A DNA stretch of 64,000 bases from Christensenellaceae bacterium (GTDB taxonomy: Bacteria; Bacillota; Clostridia; Christensenellales; Borkfalkiaceae). Shown piece by piece: positions 53,029-64,000 of the stretch. The stretch is taken from contig CAPPAP010000003.1 of the NCBI GenBank assembly GCA_948677005.1, forward strand, positions 89,532 to 153,531, read 5' to 3'. The notes below the pieces were generated by a model. That model ran no database searches, had not been told where the DNA came from, and worked only from the letters and a program-made list of their open reading frames with translations. The first letter of the stretch is position 1. Each line of letters begins with the position of its first letter. The position numbers and the translations under genes are program-made.

Positions 53029-55521
53029 TTAAAATTTCAGCTGCTGTCCGCCAGCGGGATATTCCGTCTTATGCTTCAACGCAACCACTCTGGCAACGCC
53101 TTCAAGCCCCTTAATAATTTTTCCCTTTGAAACGCGGTTCTCAATCGTAACCGTTTCGGTATCCAGCTCGGTCACCGCCTTGTCCCCGCCTATAACGGCA
53201 AGCTTGTAGGGCACCGTAACATAATCGGCAAACAAAATTTCTCCCTTGCCCTTTATGTCGGCAATCATCACGCCCTTGCCGCCTCTGCCGTGCGGGTCAA
53301 TAAGCGAGGCAATAACGCGCTTAAAGCCGCCTAACGTGGTCACTACGATAATTTCTCCCTCGCCGTTCTGCTGGGTTGCAAACACAACCTCGTCGCCCGC
53401 GTTCAGCGCAATTCCCTTCACGCCTCCCGCGCCTCTGCCCTGCACGGGCACGTCGTCCTTGCCCGCGTTAAGACACAGCGCGTTTTTGGTAACGAACAGC
53501 ATTGTGGAATACTCGTCCTCGTCGTAATTTTCCACGTTTATAACCTCGTCCCCCTCCTTCAATTTAATCGCGGGGAACAGCTTTTTGCCCGAATAATATT
53601 CGCTCCACTCCGAGCGCTTTACAACGCCGCCCTTAGTAAAGAACAGCAAGCCCTTGCCGTCCCCGCCGTCCGTCCGCGCGGCAACGGCAAAAATTTTTAC
53701 GGGATATTCGCCCTTCTGCACGCCGTCCGCAACGCTTTCAAGCTTGACCCCCGCAGAGCGGTATTCAACGGGCTCGCAGTCCTCAAGCGGCAGCTTCAAG
53801 CAGTTGCCGAGGTTGGTAAAGCAGTACAAAATATCGCTTTGCCCCCCGAATATCACCTGCCTATGCAATTGCGAAGGGCTTGCCGTGGCAGAGGTTTTCT
53901 TCTTCGAGGGCGCGACAAAATCCTCCTGTTCCAAAAATTTCAACGTGTTCGCCGCGGTAATGCACACCGCCCAGCTTTCCACAAGCCGCTTTATGTCGTT
54001 GCGCTTTACGTTTATCTTGTCCTCGCTCTCTACAATCCTTGTCTTGCGCTCGCACTTGTATTTTTGCTTTATTGCAAGCATCTCTTTCTTTACAATATCG
54101 AATTGCAGATTTCTGTCCGCAATAATTCTTTTAAGCTCCGCAATGCGCTTTTTCAACGCTTCAAGCTCTTGTTCGAGCTTTGTCACCTCAAGCTTGGCAA
54201 GCCTTGCAAGTCTTAAATCGAGTATAGCCTGCGCCTGCTTCTCGGACAGAGCAAACCTTTCCATAAGCCTGCGCCTCGCGTCAGCGGTGCTTTCCGAGGT
54301 TTTTATAATTTTAACAACCTCGTCCACGTTGTGCACGCCTATAATCAAGCCCTCTAAAATGTGGCACCGCGCCTCCGCCTCCTTCAATTCGAAGCGGCAC
54401 CGCCTCAAAACCACCTTCTGCTGATATTGCGTATAATATCTTATAATATCCAGCAACCCAAGCTGTCTGGGCTTTCCTCCCGCAATCGCAACCATGTTTA
54501 TGCCGAAGGTGCACTCCAAATCGGTGTATTTAAGCAGTAATTTAATAATCGCGTCAACGTCCGCGTCCTTCTTCACGGTTATAACCGCGCGCATGCCCTG
54601 TCGGTCGCTCTCGTCCACAATCTCGGCAATGCCGGCAAGCAATTCCTTCTTATCCTCGCGCAAAAGCATAATCTTGCGCAACAAATCCGCCTTGTTGGTC
54701 TGATATGGCAGTTCTGAAATTATAATCTGCTTTTTGCCGTTTTCTGCTTGCTCAACCGCATATCTCGCGCGCATGGTTATTCTGCCCTTGCCCGTTTCAT
54801 ACGCTTGTTTCAGCTCGTTTGCGATTATATATCCGCCCGTGGAAAAGTCGGGACCCTGAATAATTTTCATCATTTCCCCAAGGGATATGCGGGGGTTATC
54901 GATAAACGCACAGCACCCGTCGATAACTTCGCCGAGGTTGTGCGTGGGTATATTCGTGGCAAGTCCCACGGCAATTCCGTTCGCGCCGTTTACAAGCAAA
55001 TTCGGGTAATGCCCCGGCAAAAGGTCGGGCTCTAAAAGGCTGTCGTCAAAGTTAAAGGAAAAGGGCACCGTCTCCTTGTCCAAATCCTTTAAAAGCTCCA
55101 TTGCAAGCGGTTCAAGCCTCGCCTCGGTATAACGCATCGCCGCCGCAGGGTCGCCGTCTACCGAGCCGAAGTTACCGTGCCCGTCCACAAGCGTCATTCG
55201 CATATTAAAGCCCTGCGCCATTCTTACCATCGCGTCGTAAACCGAGCTGTCGCCGTGCGGGTGATACTTACCCATACAGTCGCCGACGATTCGCGCAGAC
55301 TTTTTATGCGGCTTGTCGGGGGTAAGCCCCATCTCGTGCATGGTGTACAAAATGCGCCTCTGCACGGGCTTTAAGCCGTCCTCAACGCGCGGCAGAGCTC
55401 TGTCTAAAATTACGAACTCCGCATACGGCAGCATAGATTCGGGCATTACGTCCTCAATCGGCTTGATATATATGTTGCCCTGCGGTATCGAGGTCTGTAT
55501 ACCGTTAGTTTTTTTAGCCAT
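53029..55521 (-). CDS. parC: DNA topoisomerase IV subunit A (type IIA topoisomerase A subunit)
   Basis: Carries [12 protein letters not shown], the Q form typical of ParC; GyrA usually has KPVHRR. Also GKYHPHGD and the active-site region [10 protein letters not shown]. No GyrA-box QRRGGKG occurs in the first CTD blade. Confidence 0.75.
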   Translation of the reverse strand: MAKKTNGIQTSIPQGNIYIKPIEDVMPESMLPYAEFVILDRALPRVEDGLKPVQRRILYTMHEMGLTPDKPHKKSARIVGDCMGKYHPHGDSSVYDAMVRMAQGFNMRMTLVDGHGNFGSVDGDPAAAMRYTEARLEPLAMELLKDLDKETVPFSFNFDDSLLEPDLLPGHYPNLLVNGANGIAVGLATNIPTHNLGEVIDGCCAFIDNPRISLGEMMKIIQGPDFSTGGYIIANELKQAYETGKGRITMRARYAVEQAENGKKQIIISELPYQTNKADLLRKIMLLREDKKELLAGIAEIVDESDRQGMRAVITVKKDADVDAIIKLLLKYTDLECTFGINMVAIAGGKPRQLGLLDIIRYYTQYQQKVVLRRCRFELKEAEARCHILEGLIIGVHNVDEVVKIIKTSESTADARRRLMERFALSEKQAQAILDLRLARLAKLEVTKLEQELEALKKRIAELKRIIADRNLQFDIVKKEMLAIKQKYKCERKTRIVESEDKINVKRNDIKRLVESWAVCITAANTLKFLEQEDFVAPSKKKTSATASPSQLHRQVIFGGQSDILYCFTNLGNCLKLPLEDCEPVEYRSAGVKLESVADGVQKGEYPVKIFAVAARTDGGDGKGLLFFTKGGVVKRSEWSEYYSGKKLFPAIKLKEGDEVINVENYDEDEYSTMLFVTKNALCLNAGKDDVPVQGRGAGGVKGIALNAGDEVVFATQQNGEGEIIVVTTLGGFKRVIASLIDPHGRGGKGVMIADIKGKGEILFADYVTVPYKLAVIGGDKAVTELDTETVTIENRVSKGKIIKGLEGVARVVALKHKTEYPAGGQQLKF

Positions 55522-57602
55522 CAGTCAACCTCCTCCGCACTCTCGCCCTTAAAGCGGACTTTTTCTATAAATCCGTCAACCTTGTTAAAGTTGGCGTTCT
55601 TGTTCAAAAAGTCCTTTCTTCCGTCTACTCTGTCGCCCATAAGCATATCAATCACGTCGGCCGCCTCCGCCGCGTCGTCTATGGTCACCTGAATAAGGTT
55701 TCTCGTCGCGGGGTCCATGGTCGTCTCCCAAAGCTGTTCGGCGTCCATTTCGCCCAAGCCCTTATAACGCTGCAAGGAATACCCCTTGCCCACCTTCTTT
55801 ATTTTTTCGTCAAGCTCCTTATCGTCGTAGGCGTATTCCACAACGTCATTTTTATACACCTTGTACAGCGGAGGCATACCTATATACACGCAGCCCGCAT
55901 TAACCAAATCGCGCATATACTTGAAGAAAAACGTTAAAAGAATACAGCGGATATGCATACCGTCCTGGTCTGCATCGGATAAAATTATCACCTTTTTATA
56001 CTTAGCTTTCTCTATATCGAAAGAGCGGTTAAAGCCCGCGCCTATGGCGGAAATAAGCGTCTTTATCTCCTCGTTCTGCAACGCCTGCAAGGCCGATTTT
56101 TTCTGCACGTTCAGGGGCTTTCCGCGCAATGGCAAAATGGACTGATACTGTCTTACGCGCGCCTGCTTAGCCGTACCGCCCGCGCTGTCGCCCTCAACTA
56201 TAAAAAGCTCGTTCATTTCGGGGTTTCTGCCCGAGCACGCCGCAAGCTTTCCCACTAAATTAAGTCCGTCGTTTTCCGAAGCAGCCTTTGCAACGTCGCG
56301 CTCGGCGCGGTGCTTAATTCTGTCGTCTGCGGCAAATTTCGCCTTCTGCGCAATTTTATCGAATACGGGCTTGAACGCCTTATCCTTTAAAAGCTGTGCA
56401 AGCCCCTCTATAACGGTCTGCTCCACCACGGGCTTCACCTCGGGGTTCCCAAGCTTTGTTTTGGTCTGCCCCTCGAACTGCACTCCCGTCATTTTAACGG
56501 TTAAAACGGCGGTCAGCCCCTCTTTTATATCGTCCGCGATAAAAGCCGCGTCCTTCACCTTTAAAACGCCGTTGTTGCGCGCGAAATCGTTGATAATTTT
56601 CAGCAGTCCGTTATGGAAGCCCGTTTCGTGATACCCGCCCTCTATGGTGGAAATATTGTTCACAAACGAAAACAAGCTCTCCGTATCGTCCTTCGTGTGC
56701 GACAGCGCAAATTCAATCTTTATTTTGCCGAGCGGCGCGCCCTTAAGCTGAATGTCCTTTATTGCCGAATAGTACAGCGGCGCGGCATACAGCGCGTTTT
56801 TATCGCCGTTTAAATATTTAACGAAGTCAATAAGTCCGCCGTCGTATTTATAGCTTACCGGCTCCCGCGCGGGTTGGGGTATTTTAACGGTATTAACGTT
56901 GCCGTTCTCGTCCTCTTCGCCCTCCTCGTAGGTATAAAGCTGACGTTCGTCAAACAAATTTATCTTCACGCCCTTGTTCAAAAAGGCAAGCTCCTTCAAT
57001 CTCTTCTGAATGGTGTCGTAATTCCATTCCACGGTCTCAAAAACCTCTTTGTCGGGCAAAAACCGCACAAACGTGCCCCTTTCCTTCGTCCTCTCACCCG
57101 TATCGCAAAGTGGCGCCGTGGGCGTTCCGCAAACCCACTTTTTTCTTTCCTTGTCGTAATAGCTTTTAAAGCCCATTTTAAAGACGGTGCCGCGGTACAC
57201 CTCAACGTTCAGCCATTCGGACAAAGCGTTGGTGACCGAAGCGCCCACACCGTGCAGTCCGCCCGAAAATGCATAGTTTTCGTTATCGAACTTACCGCCC
57301 GCATGCAGCTTTGTGAATATAATTTCCACGCCGCTCATTTTCACCTTGGAATTAACGTCCGTGGGCATGCCTCTGCCGTTGTCGCGTACGGAAACCGAGC
57401 CGTCCTTCCACAGCTTTACGGTAATTTCGTCGGCATAGCCGTTCGCCGCCTCGTCGATTGAGTTATCGACAATTTCCCATAAAATATGGTGCAACCCTTT
57501 TACGCCCGTCGAGCCGATATACATACCGGGGCGGATACGAACCGCTTCCAGCCCCTCTAAAATTTTTAAATCGTCCGCATTATAGCTTTTCTTTTCTGCC
57601 AT
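55521..57602 (-). CDS. parE: DNA topoisomerase IV subunit B (type IIA topoisomerase B subunit)
   Basis: Start chosen at [11 protein letters not shown] after AAGG. GHKL ATPase motifs are [15 protein letters not shown] and [16 protein letters not shown] motifs are EGDSAGG and DADQDG. The stop overlaps the parC start. Confidence 0.8.
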   Translation of the reverse strand: MAEKKSYNADDLKILEGLEAVRIRPGMYIGSTGVKGLHHILWEIVDNSIDEAANGYADEITVKLWKDGSVSVRDNGRGMPTDVNSKVKMSGVEIIFTKLHAGGKFDNENYAFSGGLHGVGASVTNALSEWLNVEVYRGTVFKMGFKSYYDKERKKWVCGTPTAPLCDTGERTKERGTFVRFLPDKEVFETVEWNYDTIQKRLKELAFLNKGVKINLFDERQLYTYEEGEEDENGNVNTVKIPQPAREPVSYKYDGGLIDFVKYLNGDKNALYAAPLYYSAIKDIQLKGAPLGKIKIEFALSHTKDDTESLFSFVNNISTIEGGYHETGFHNGLLKIINDFARNNGVLKVKDAAFIADDIKEGLTAVLTVKMTGVQFEGQTKTKLGNPEVKPVVEQTVIEGLAQLLKDKAFKPVFDKIAQKAKFAADDRIKHRAERDVAKAASENDGLNLVGKLAACSGRNPEMNELFIVEGDSAGGTAKQARVRQYQSILPLRGKPLNVQKKSALQALQNEEIKTLISAIGAGFNRSFDIEKAKYKKVIILSDADQDGMHIRCILLTFFFKYMRDLVNAGCVYIGMPPLYKVYKNDVVEYAYDDKELDEKIKKVGKGYSLQRYKGLGEMDAEQLWETTMDPATRNLIQVTIDDAAEAADVIDMLMGDRVDGRKDFLNKNANFNKVDGFIEKVRFKGESAEEVD

Positions 57603-57659
57603 ATAACTACCTTTTTCCCTTCTGCCCGCCGCCGACATATAGTTAGCGCATACTATCAA

Positions 57660-57688
57660 ATTATACCATATATTGTAAAAAAAGTAAA
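57660..57688 (-). promoter_or_regulatory. promoter TTTACT-17-TGgTATAAT (extended -10) for parE-parC
   Basis: Read on the minus strand. Confidence 0.55.
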
Positions 57689-57741
57689 GCGTCCGCGCAA
57701 AATGTCCGTACATTTTGTCCGTACATTTTGCGCAAATCAAA

Positions 57742-57776
57742 AGCGCGCGGGCGGATAAAATATCCGCCCGCGCGCT
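57742..57776 (-). terminator. rho-independent terminator after ligA
   Basis: AGCGCGCGGGCGGATA-aaa-TATCCGCCCGCGCGCT. On the minus strand it is followed by TTTTGATTT. Confidence 0.8.
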
Positions 57777-57795
57777 TTAAAATACGCCGCATTCC

Positions 57796-59745
<1,950 letters not shown>

Positions 59746-59763
59746 TTACCCCGTTTTTTGTTT

Positions 59764-62121
59764 TTAAATAATTTCAAGCGGTGCAAGCGCCGCCGAAAGC
59801 TCCTTAACGCCCTGTCCGTCAAAGGCAACGTTTATCACCTTGCCGTCGTTTTTAACGGCAACAACCATACCCACGCCGAATTTCGGGTGCCGCACACGCA
59901 TACCTACGCTATACCTCGCGCCGCCGTTTCCGCCGGAGCCGCCCGCATTCCCAAAGCCGCCAACGCCCTTTGCCGCGCCGCTCCCGCCCCAAACGGGCTT
60001 AAAGCTGCTCTTTTCGGCATATGCGCCTTGCTCGCCGTCATATGCGGAATACAACGCCCTTCCCGCGCTCTTCTCGTCTGCGTTATAGCCGCTTCCTCCG
60101 CGGTACGCCCCAGAATATCCCGCGTTTACGCCCCCGCCAAAGCCTCCGCTCCCGCCGTAACGTCCCGCGCCGTACCTATTGCCATACTCGCCAAAGCCTC
60201 CGCCCGCATACGCCGCCGCGCCCAGCTCGGGCGCAAGCTCCTTAATAAACTTCGACGCGGCGGTCAAATCCCTTCGTCCGTATAAATACCTCGATTTCGA
60301 GCGGGTAAGATACAGCCTTTCCCTCGCGCGGGTAATGGCAACGTACATCAGCCTGCGCTCCTCCTCGGTGCTCTTTTCGTCGCTTTCCGCGCGTGAAGAG
60401 GGCATTATCCCCTCTTCCAGCCCGCAAATAAACACGTTTTTAAATTCAAGCCCCTTCACCGCGTGTATGGTCGCAAGCGTAACGTAATCGCCCCCGTCCA
60501 TTTCGTCCAAATCAGAGGCTAAGGTAACCGAATTAAGATATTCGTCAAGGGTCGCCGTCGGGTTCAGCCTTGCAAACTCGTCCACGGACGCGATAAATTC
60601 GTCAAGGTTGGCAAGCTTACCGTCCCCCTCGTCCGTGCCATCGTCGTAGGCAGCGCGCAAATCGGCAAGCGCGATAACCTCCCGCACAAGCCGGTTTACG
60701 GGCGTTTCTATCGCCGACAGAATAAACCCCTTTATAAGACTGCCGAAGTCCTTAAGCTTCTCCTTCACCCCGCGCGCAAGCGGCAAGCTGTCGCAGTCCA
60801 CGCACGCGTCGTATAACGACAGCCCCGCCCCCTGCGAATAGCCGTACATAACCTCGATGGTCTTTCCGCCTATCCCGCGCTTTGGCACGTTTATAATTCT
60901 CTCCGCCGCCTCATCGTCGAACGGGTTGGAAATAAGCCGCAAATATGCAAGAATATCCTTAATCTCCCGCCTTTCGAAGAACTTAAAGCCCCCGAAAACC
61001 TTGTACGGAATGCCGTATTTGGTGAACTCCTGCTCGTACGCGCGCGTCAGCGCGTTTATGCGCATAAGCACGGCAAAATCGGAATATTTCCCTCCCCGCG
61101 CCACCGCGGCGGAAATTTCCCGCGCAGTATACAGCGCCTCGCCCGCCTCCTCGTCGGCCTGATAATATTCGGGCTTTACGCCCTCGCCCGCGTCCGTCCA
61201 AAGCTGCTTTCCTCGGCGGTTTATGTTGTTTTTTATAATGCAGTTTGCAAGCTTCAAAATAGAGCCCGTCGAGCGGTAATTGCGTTCCAGCTTGTATATC
61301 TTCGCGTCGGGATAGTCGCCGTCAAACCTCAAAATATTCTCTATTTCCGCGCCGCGCCAGCCGTAAATTGACTGGTCGTCGTCTCCGACCGCAAAAATAT
61401 TGCCGTGCTTGCCCGCCAACAGCTTTATAATGTTGTACTGAACGGCGTTCGTGTCCTGAAACTCGTCCACAAGTATGTATTTAAACTTGTCGGAAAGATA
61501 TTCCAAAGCCTCGCCGTCGCTTCTCAGCAGCCGCAGAGTGTGCAACAGCAAATCATCGAAGTCCAAAGCGTTGTTCTGCCTCAAATGCCTGTTATACCTC
61601 TCGTAAATGCAAACAACGTCCTCCATTCCGCGCTCGTGCTTAAATTTTCTGCCGTATTGGTCGGGGTCAAGCCCAAGCATTTTCGCGTTTGCAATGTGGT
61701 ATTTTGCATTTTTAAGCAGCTTGTCGTCGTCGAAATCAAGCTCCTGAAAGCATTTTTTAATTACGTTCGCGCGCTCGGTCTCGCTGTAAATAGAAAAGTT
61801 GGACTTAAAGCCCGCCTTTTCCGCAAACTGCCGCAGAATTTTAACGCACATAGAGTGAATTGTGCAAATCCACCTTGTATCGCCGTCCTCGCCAAGCATT
61901 TTGTTCAGCCTTTCCTTCATTTCTCCCGCGGCCTTGTTGGTGAAGGTGATTGCAAGAATTTGCGAAAGCTTAGCCTTCCCCTCCCGCAGAATATAAGCTA
62001 TGCGCGAGGTTAAAACCCTCGTTTTTCCGCTCCCCGCGCCCGCCAATACAAGCACCGCGCCCTCGGTATCGGTTACGGGCTTCCGCTGTTCCTCGTTCAG
62101 TTTATCAAGTATTTCGTCCAT
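59764..62121 (-). CDS. pcrA: ATP-dependent DNA helicase PcrA/UvrD with a Gly/Tyr/Arg-rich insert before the C-terminal domain
   Basis: Start chosen at MDEILDKLNEEQ. Helicase motifs are AGAGSGKT, TFTNKAAGEM, VDEFQDTN and VTLATIHAVKGLEF. The pcrA-ligA gene order fits. Confidence 0.9.
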   Translation of the reverse strand: MDEILDKLNEEQRKPVTDTEGAVLVLAGAGSGKTRVLTSRIAYILREGKAKLSQILAITFTNKAAGEMKERLNKMLGEDGDTRWICTIHSMCVKILRQFAEKAGFKSNFSIYSETERANVIKKCFQELDFDDDKLLKNAKYHIANAKMLGLDPDQYGRKFKHERGMEDVVCIYERYNRHLRQNNALDFDDLLLHTLRLLRSDGEALEYLSDKFKYILVDEFQDTNAVQYNIIKLLAGKHGNIFAVGDDDQSIYGWRGAEIENILRFDGDYPDAKIYKLERNYRSTGSILKLANCIIKNNINRRGKQLWTDAGEGVKPEYYQADEEAGEALYTAREISAAVARGGKYSDFAVLMRINALTRAYEQEFTKYGIPYKVFGGFKFFERREIKDILAYLRLISNPFDDEAAERIINVPKRGIGGKTIEVMYGYSQGAGLSLYDACVDCDSLPLARGVKEKLKDFGSLIKGFILSAIETPVNRLVREVIALADLRAAYDDGTDEGDGKLANLDEFIASVDEFARLNPTATLDEYLNSVTLASDLDEMDGGDYVTLATIHAVKGLEFKNVFICGLEEGIMPSSRAESDEKSTEEERRLMYVAITRARERLYLTRSKSRYLYGRRDLTAASKFIKELAPELGAAAYAGGGFGEYGNRYGAGRYGGSGGFGGGVNAGYSGAYRGGSGYNADEKSAGRALYSAYDGEQGAYAEKSSFKPVWGGSGAAKGVGGFGNAGGSGGNGGARYSVGMRVRHPKFGVGMVVAVKNDGKVINVAFDGQGVKELSAALAPLEII

Positions 62122-62236
62122 ATATACGATTATACCACGCCCGCGCAAAAAATACAATTCTTACCGCAATATTGCGCCGATTAAATTACCCGCCGCCCAA
62201 GGCTGAACGCGCCTCGGGCGGCGGGCTTTAAAAAAA

Positions 62237-62614
62237 TCAAAGCTTCAATTCCTTTTCCTTTTTATAGCGGTTTAACGCGGCAAGATATTTTGCGGAAAGC
62301 TCCAGCGTATACCTCTGCTTTTCCTCGTAGGAAAGCTTTTCATAAGCCTCCCTGTCGGTCAGCCTGCCTATCGCGTCGGAAACCTCTCCCTCCGCGTCCA
62401 GCAGCGCCTTCACCCGCAGATAAAACTCGTCCTCCCGCCGTCCGCGCACCTCGCTCTGCACGCGTTCCGCTATCGAGCTTTTTATTCTCATTTCGCTAAG
62501 CCCGCTGTTCAGCGCCTCAACGGTGTGCTCGTCTATGTTCCTTTTACAGTCAGCCCAAAAGCTGCCCTTCATTCTCTTTTTCGCCGCCCGCGCCATCAAA
62601 ATCAAGTCTTCCAT
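62237..62614 (-). CDS. small hypothetical protein (125 aa)
   Basis: Start chosen at MEDLILMARAAKK with AAAGGGG upstream. Predicted helical and charged. I recognise no motif. Confidence 0.6.
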   Translation of the reverse strand: MEDLILMARAAKKRMKGSFWADCKRNIDEHTVEALNSGLSEMRIKSSIAERVQSEVRGRREDEFYLRVKALLDAEGEVSDAIGRLTDREAYEKLSYEEKQRYTLELSAKYLAALNRYKKEKELKL

Positions 62615-62749
62615 AAAAAAGCCCCTTTCGCAAAATTCCAATTCAAAAGCCCCGCAGGTCCTGCCGCAGCAAAGTCCCCGCCGCAAGCCACGTCACGGCA
62701 ACGCGCCCGCCACGTCAAAAACCGACCGCAACCGACATATTCCGCAATC

Positions 62750-62778
62750 AAAAAGGCCCGTCCGACGCTCCGTCGGGC
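62750..62778 (-). terminator. rho-independent terminator after rpsU
   Basis: CCGACG-ctc-CGTCGG stem extended by flanking G-C pairs. On the minus strand it is followed by CCTTTTTGATT. Confidence 0.6.
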
Positions 62779-62791
62779 AGACCTCTTTAGT

Positions 62792-62968
62792 TTAATTCTT
62801 ATTTCTTTTTCTTGCGGCCTCGCGCTTTTTGCGGCGCTTCACTGCGGGGGACTCGTAAAACTCATGCTTGCGCATATCTCCGATTATACCGTCGCGCGAG
62901 CATTTTCTCTTAAAGCGTCTTAAAGCGCTCTCGACAGACTCGTTTTCACCGACCTTAATGGTTGACAT
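62792..62968 (-). CDS. rpsU: 30S ribosomal protein S21
   Basis: Absent from the ORF track because it is under 60 aa. My translation is [58 protein letters not shown], a classic bS21 sequence. Confidence 0.9.
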   Translation of the reverse strand: MSTIKVGENESVESALRRFKRKCSRDGIIGDMRKHEFYESPAVKRRKKREAARKRNKN

Positions 62969-63025
62969 TCCTTTTCACCGTCCCTTGCCAAAGCCTTATT
63001 CGCGCCCCTTTCGGCACGCTAATAA

Positions 63026-63054
63026 AGTATAGCAAACCGCAAAAAATAAGTCAA
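63026..63054 (-). promoter_or_regulatory. promoter TTGACT-17-TATACT for rpsU
   Basis: Read on the minus strand. Confidence 0.55.
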
Positions 63055-63131
63055 TGAATTTTCCGCCGTAAATTCAACTTATCGCCCTTAATTTGCAAAA
63101 GTCCTCAAAAATTCCCAAAAGCCTGCAAAAA

Positions 63132-64000
63132 TCAGCCTTCTCCCATCTTTTTCAGCGCCTTCTCAGCCGACTCGTTCCCCTGCGCCGCCGCTTTTTTATA
63201 CCAGTCTATCGCGCGGTAGCGGTTTGACTTCACACCCTGACCCTGCTCGTAGCAATAGCCAAGGCTGTACTGCGCGTACGCATTGCCCTTGTCCGCGCCT
63301 ATGCGGTAATATTCCACAGCCTTTTCATAGCTCTGGTCAACGCCCCTGCCGTAATAATAGCAGTCGCCCAGCTTAGCAATCGCGCTTGCGTTGCCGTTGC
63401 CGAACGCCTTTATATACAGCTCGAACGCCTTTTTATAATTCTGAGAAACTCCCTCGCCCTTTTCATAGCAATAGCCAAGGCTGTACTGCGCGTACGCATT
63501 GCCCTTGTCCGCGCCTATGCGGTAATATTCCACAGCCTTTTCATAGCTCTGGTCAACGCCCCTGCCGTAATAATAGCAGTCGCCCAGCTTAGCAATCGCG
63601 CTTGCGTTGCCGTTGCCGAACGCCTTTATATACAGCTCGAACGCCTTTTTATAATTCTGAGAAACTCCCTCGCCCTTTTCATAGCAATAGCCAAGGCTGT
63701 ACTGCGCATATGCGTAATCATCGTCCGCCGCCTTCTGATACCACTCGCACGCCTTTATGTAATCCTTCGTCACGCCGTTGCCGTAGTAATAGCAGTCGCC
63801 CATCTTAGACGCAGCCCTCGTATTGCCGTGCTCCGCAGCCTTTTCAAACCATTTTAACGCGTCGGCATAGCTTTTCGCCACGCCGGTGCCGTAATAATAG
63901 CAGTCGCCCACGGCGCACTCGCCGCTCGAATTCCCGTTCTCCGCCGATTTTTTGTACAGCTCGAACGCCTTTTTATAATTCTGCGGCACGCCGTTGCCCT
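63132..64000 (-). CDS. Sel1-like repeat (SLR/TPR-like) protein; the 5-prime end lies beyond the window edge
   Basis: Repeating 36-aa units of the form A..W(Y/F)(K/E)KAA..G...A...LG.CY..G.GV..(D/N)..KA. The frame stays open to position 64000. Confidence 0.85.
   Translation of the reverse strand, partial: GNGVPQNYKKAFELYKKSAENGNSSGECAVGDCYYYGTGVAKSYADALKWFEKAAEHGNTRAASKMGDCYYYGNGVTKDYIKACEWYQKAADDDYAYAQYSLGYCYEKGEGVSQNYKKAFELYIKAFGNGNASAIAKLGDCYYYGRGVDQSYEKAVEYYRIGADKGNAYAQYSLGYCYEKGEGVSQNYKKAFELYIKAFGNGNASAIAKLGDCYYYGRGVDQSYEKAVEYYRIGADKGNAYAQYSLGYCYEQGQGVKSNRYRAIDWYKKAAAQGNESAEKALKKMGEG
63250..63707. repeat. perfect 216-bp tandem duplication (2 full copies plus 26 bp) inside the Sel1-repeat gene
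   Basis: 63250-63465 and 63466-63681 are identical by eye, and identity continues for about 26 bp into a third unit. Each unit encodes 72 aa, i.e. two Sel1 repeats. Confidence 0.85.

Noticed and set aside
52529-53130. Pro/Ser-rich plus-strand ORFs (52529-52789 and 52567-53130)
   Set aside because: They are the antisense of the Glu/Ala-rich linker of the 52038-52907 gene, a low-complexity mirror effect.
53029-57602. Calling the type IIA topoisomerase pair gyrB/gyrA
   Set aside because: The A subunit has KPVQRR rather than KPVHRR. It lacks a GyrA-box in the first CTD blade. No dnaA/dnaN/recF context is present. parE/parC is more likely, though a phylogeny is needed for certainty.
47527-57776. 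Recurring GC-rich hairpins (47527, 49459, 51974, 57742; also 15686, 32489, 44885) as a REP-like or CRISPR-like repeat family
   Set aside because: The stems differ in sequence and sit singly at gene ends with flanking A/T runs. This is consistent with ordinary intrinsic terminators. No regular spacing or shared repeat unit is present.

Overview
Chromosomal segment with a Gram-positive, Clostridia-like character. This is inferred from lipobox lipoproteins, Listeria-Bacteroides (Flg_new) repeats, pcrA-ligA and parE-parC gene order, GC-rich coding regions and AT-rich intergenic regions. I saw no rRNA, tRNA, CRISPR array, transposase or phage genes. Layout: (1) 1-14.7 kb, all minus strand, is a starch/maltodextrin locus. 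It holds a truncated glgP, an unusually long MalK-like ATPase, MalG/MalF-like permeases, a binding lipoprotein, an intracellular GH13 enzyme, a LacI regulator, an unknown secreted protein, an extracellular GH13 amylase lipoprotein and a non-catalytic putative starch-binding lipoprotein. (2) 15.07-15.67 kb is an orphan small serine recombinase, next to an intergenic region full of an ACGTTTTGG-type dyad motif. (3) 15.7-32.1 kb is a co-directional block: a 1607-aa surface lipoprotein, a membrane protein, MoxR, DUF58, two BatA-like vWA proteins and two unknown lipoproteins. (4) 32.5-41 kb is housekeeping and regulatory: a leaderless dGTPase-like HD gene, an SDR, PlsY, a GT28 glycolipid synthase, HK/RR, DegV and MarR. 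(5) 41-49.4 kb carries three large surface lipoproteins: a PL1 pectate lyase, a CE8 pectinesterase and one of unknown function. (6) 49.8-64 kb carries NfeD-flotillin, parE-parC, ligA, pcrA, rpsU and a Sel1-repeat gene with a perfect internal tandem duplication. The most notable unexplained signal is a conserved His/Cys-rich module of about 50 aa. It sits directly after the lipobox cysteine of five otherwise unrelated large surface lipoproteins, with starch, pectin or unknown cargo. I cannot assign it to any named domain. Secondary candidates are possible invertase-controlled phase variation at 14.8-15.0 kb, the coupling of the giant lipoprotein to the MoxR/vWA block, and terminator-like hairpins in the leader of the pectate-lyase gene. 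All function calls rest on motif recognition by eye; no database search was run.
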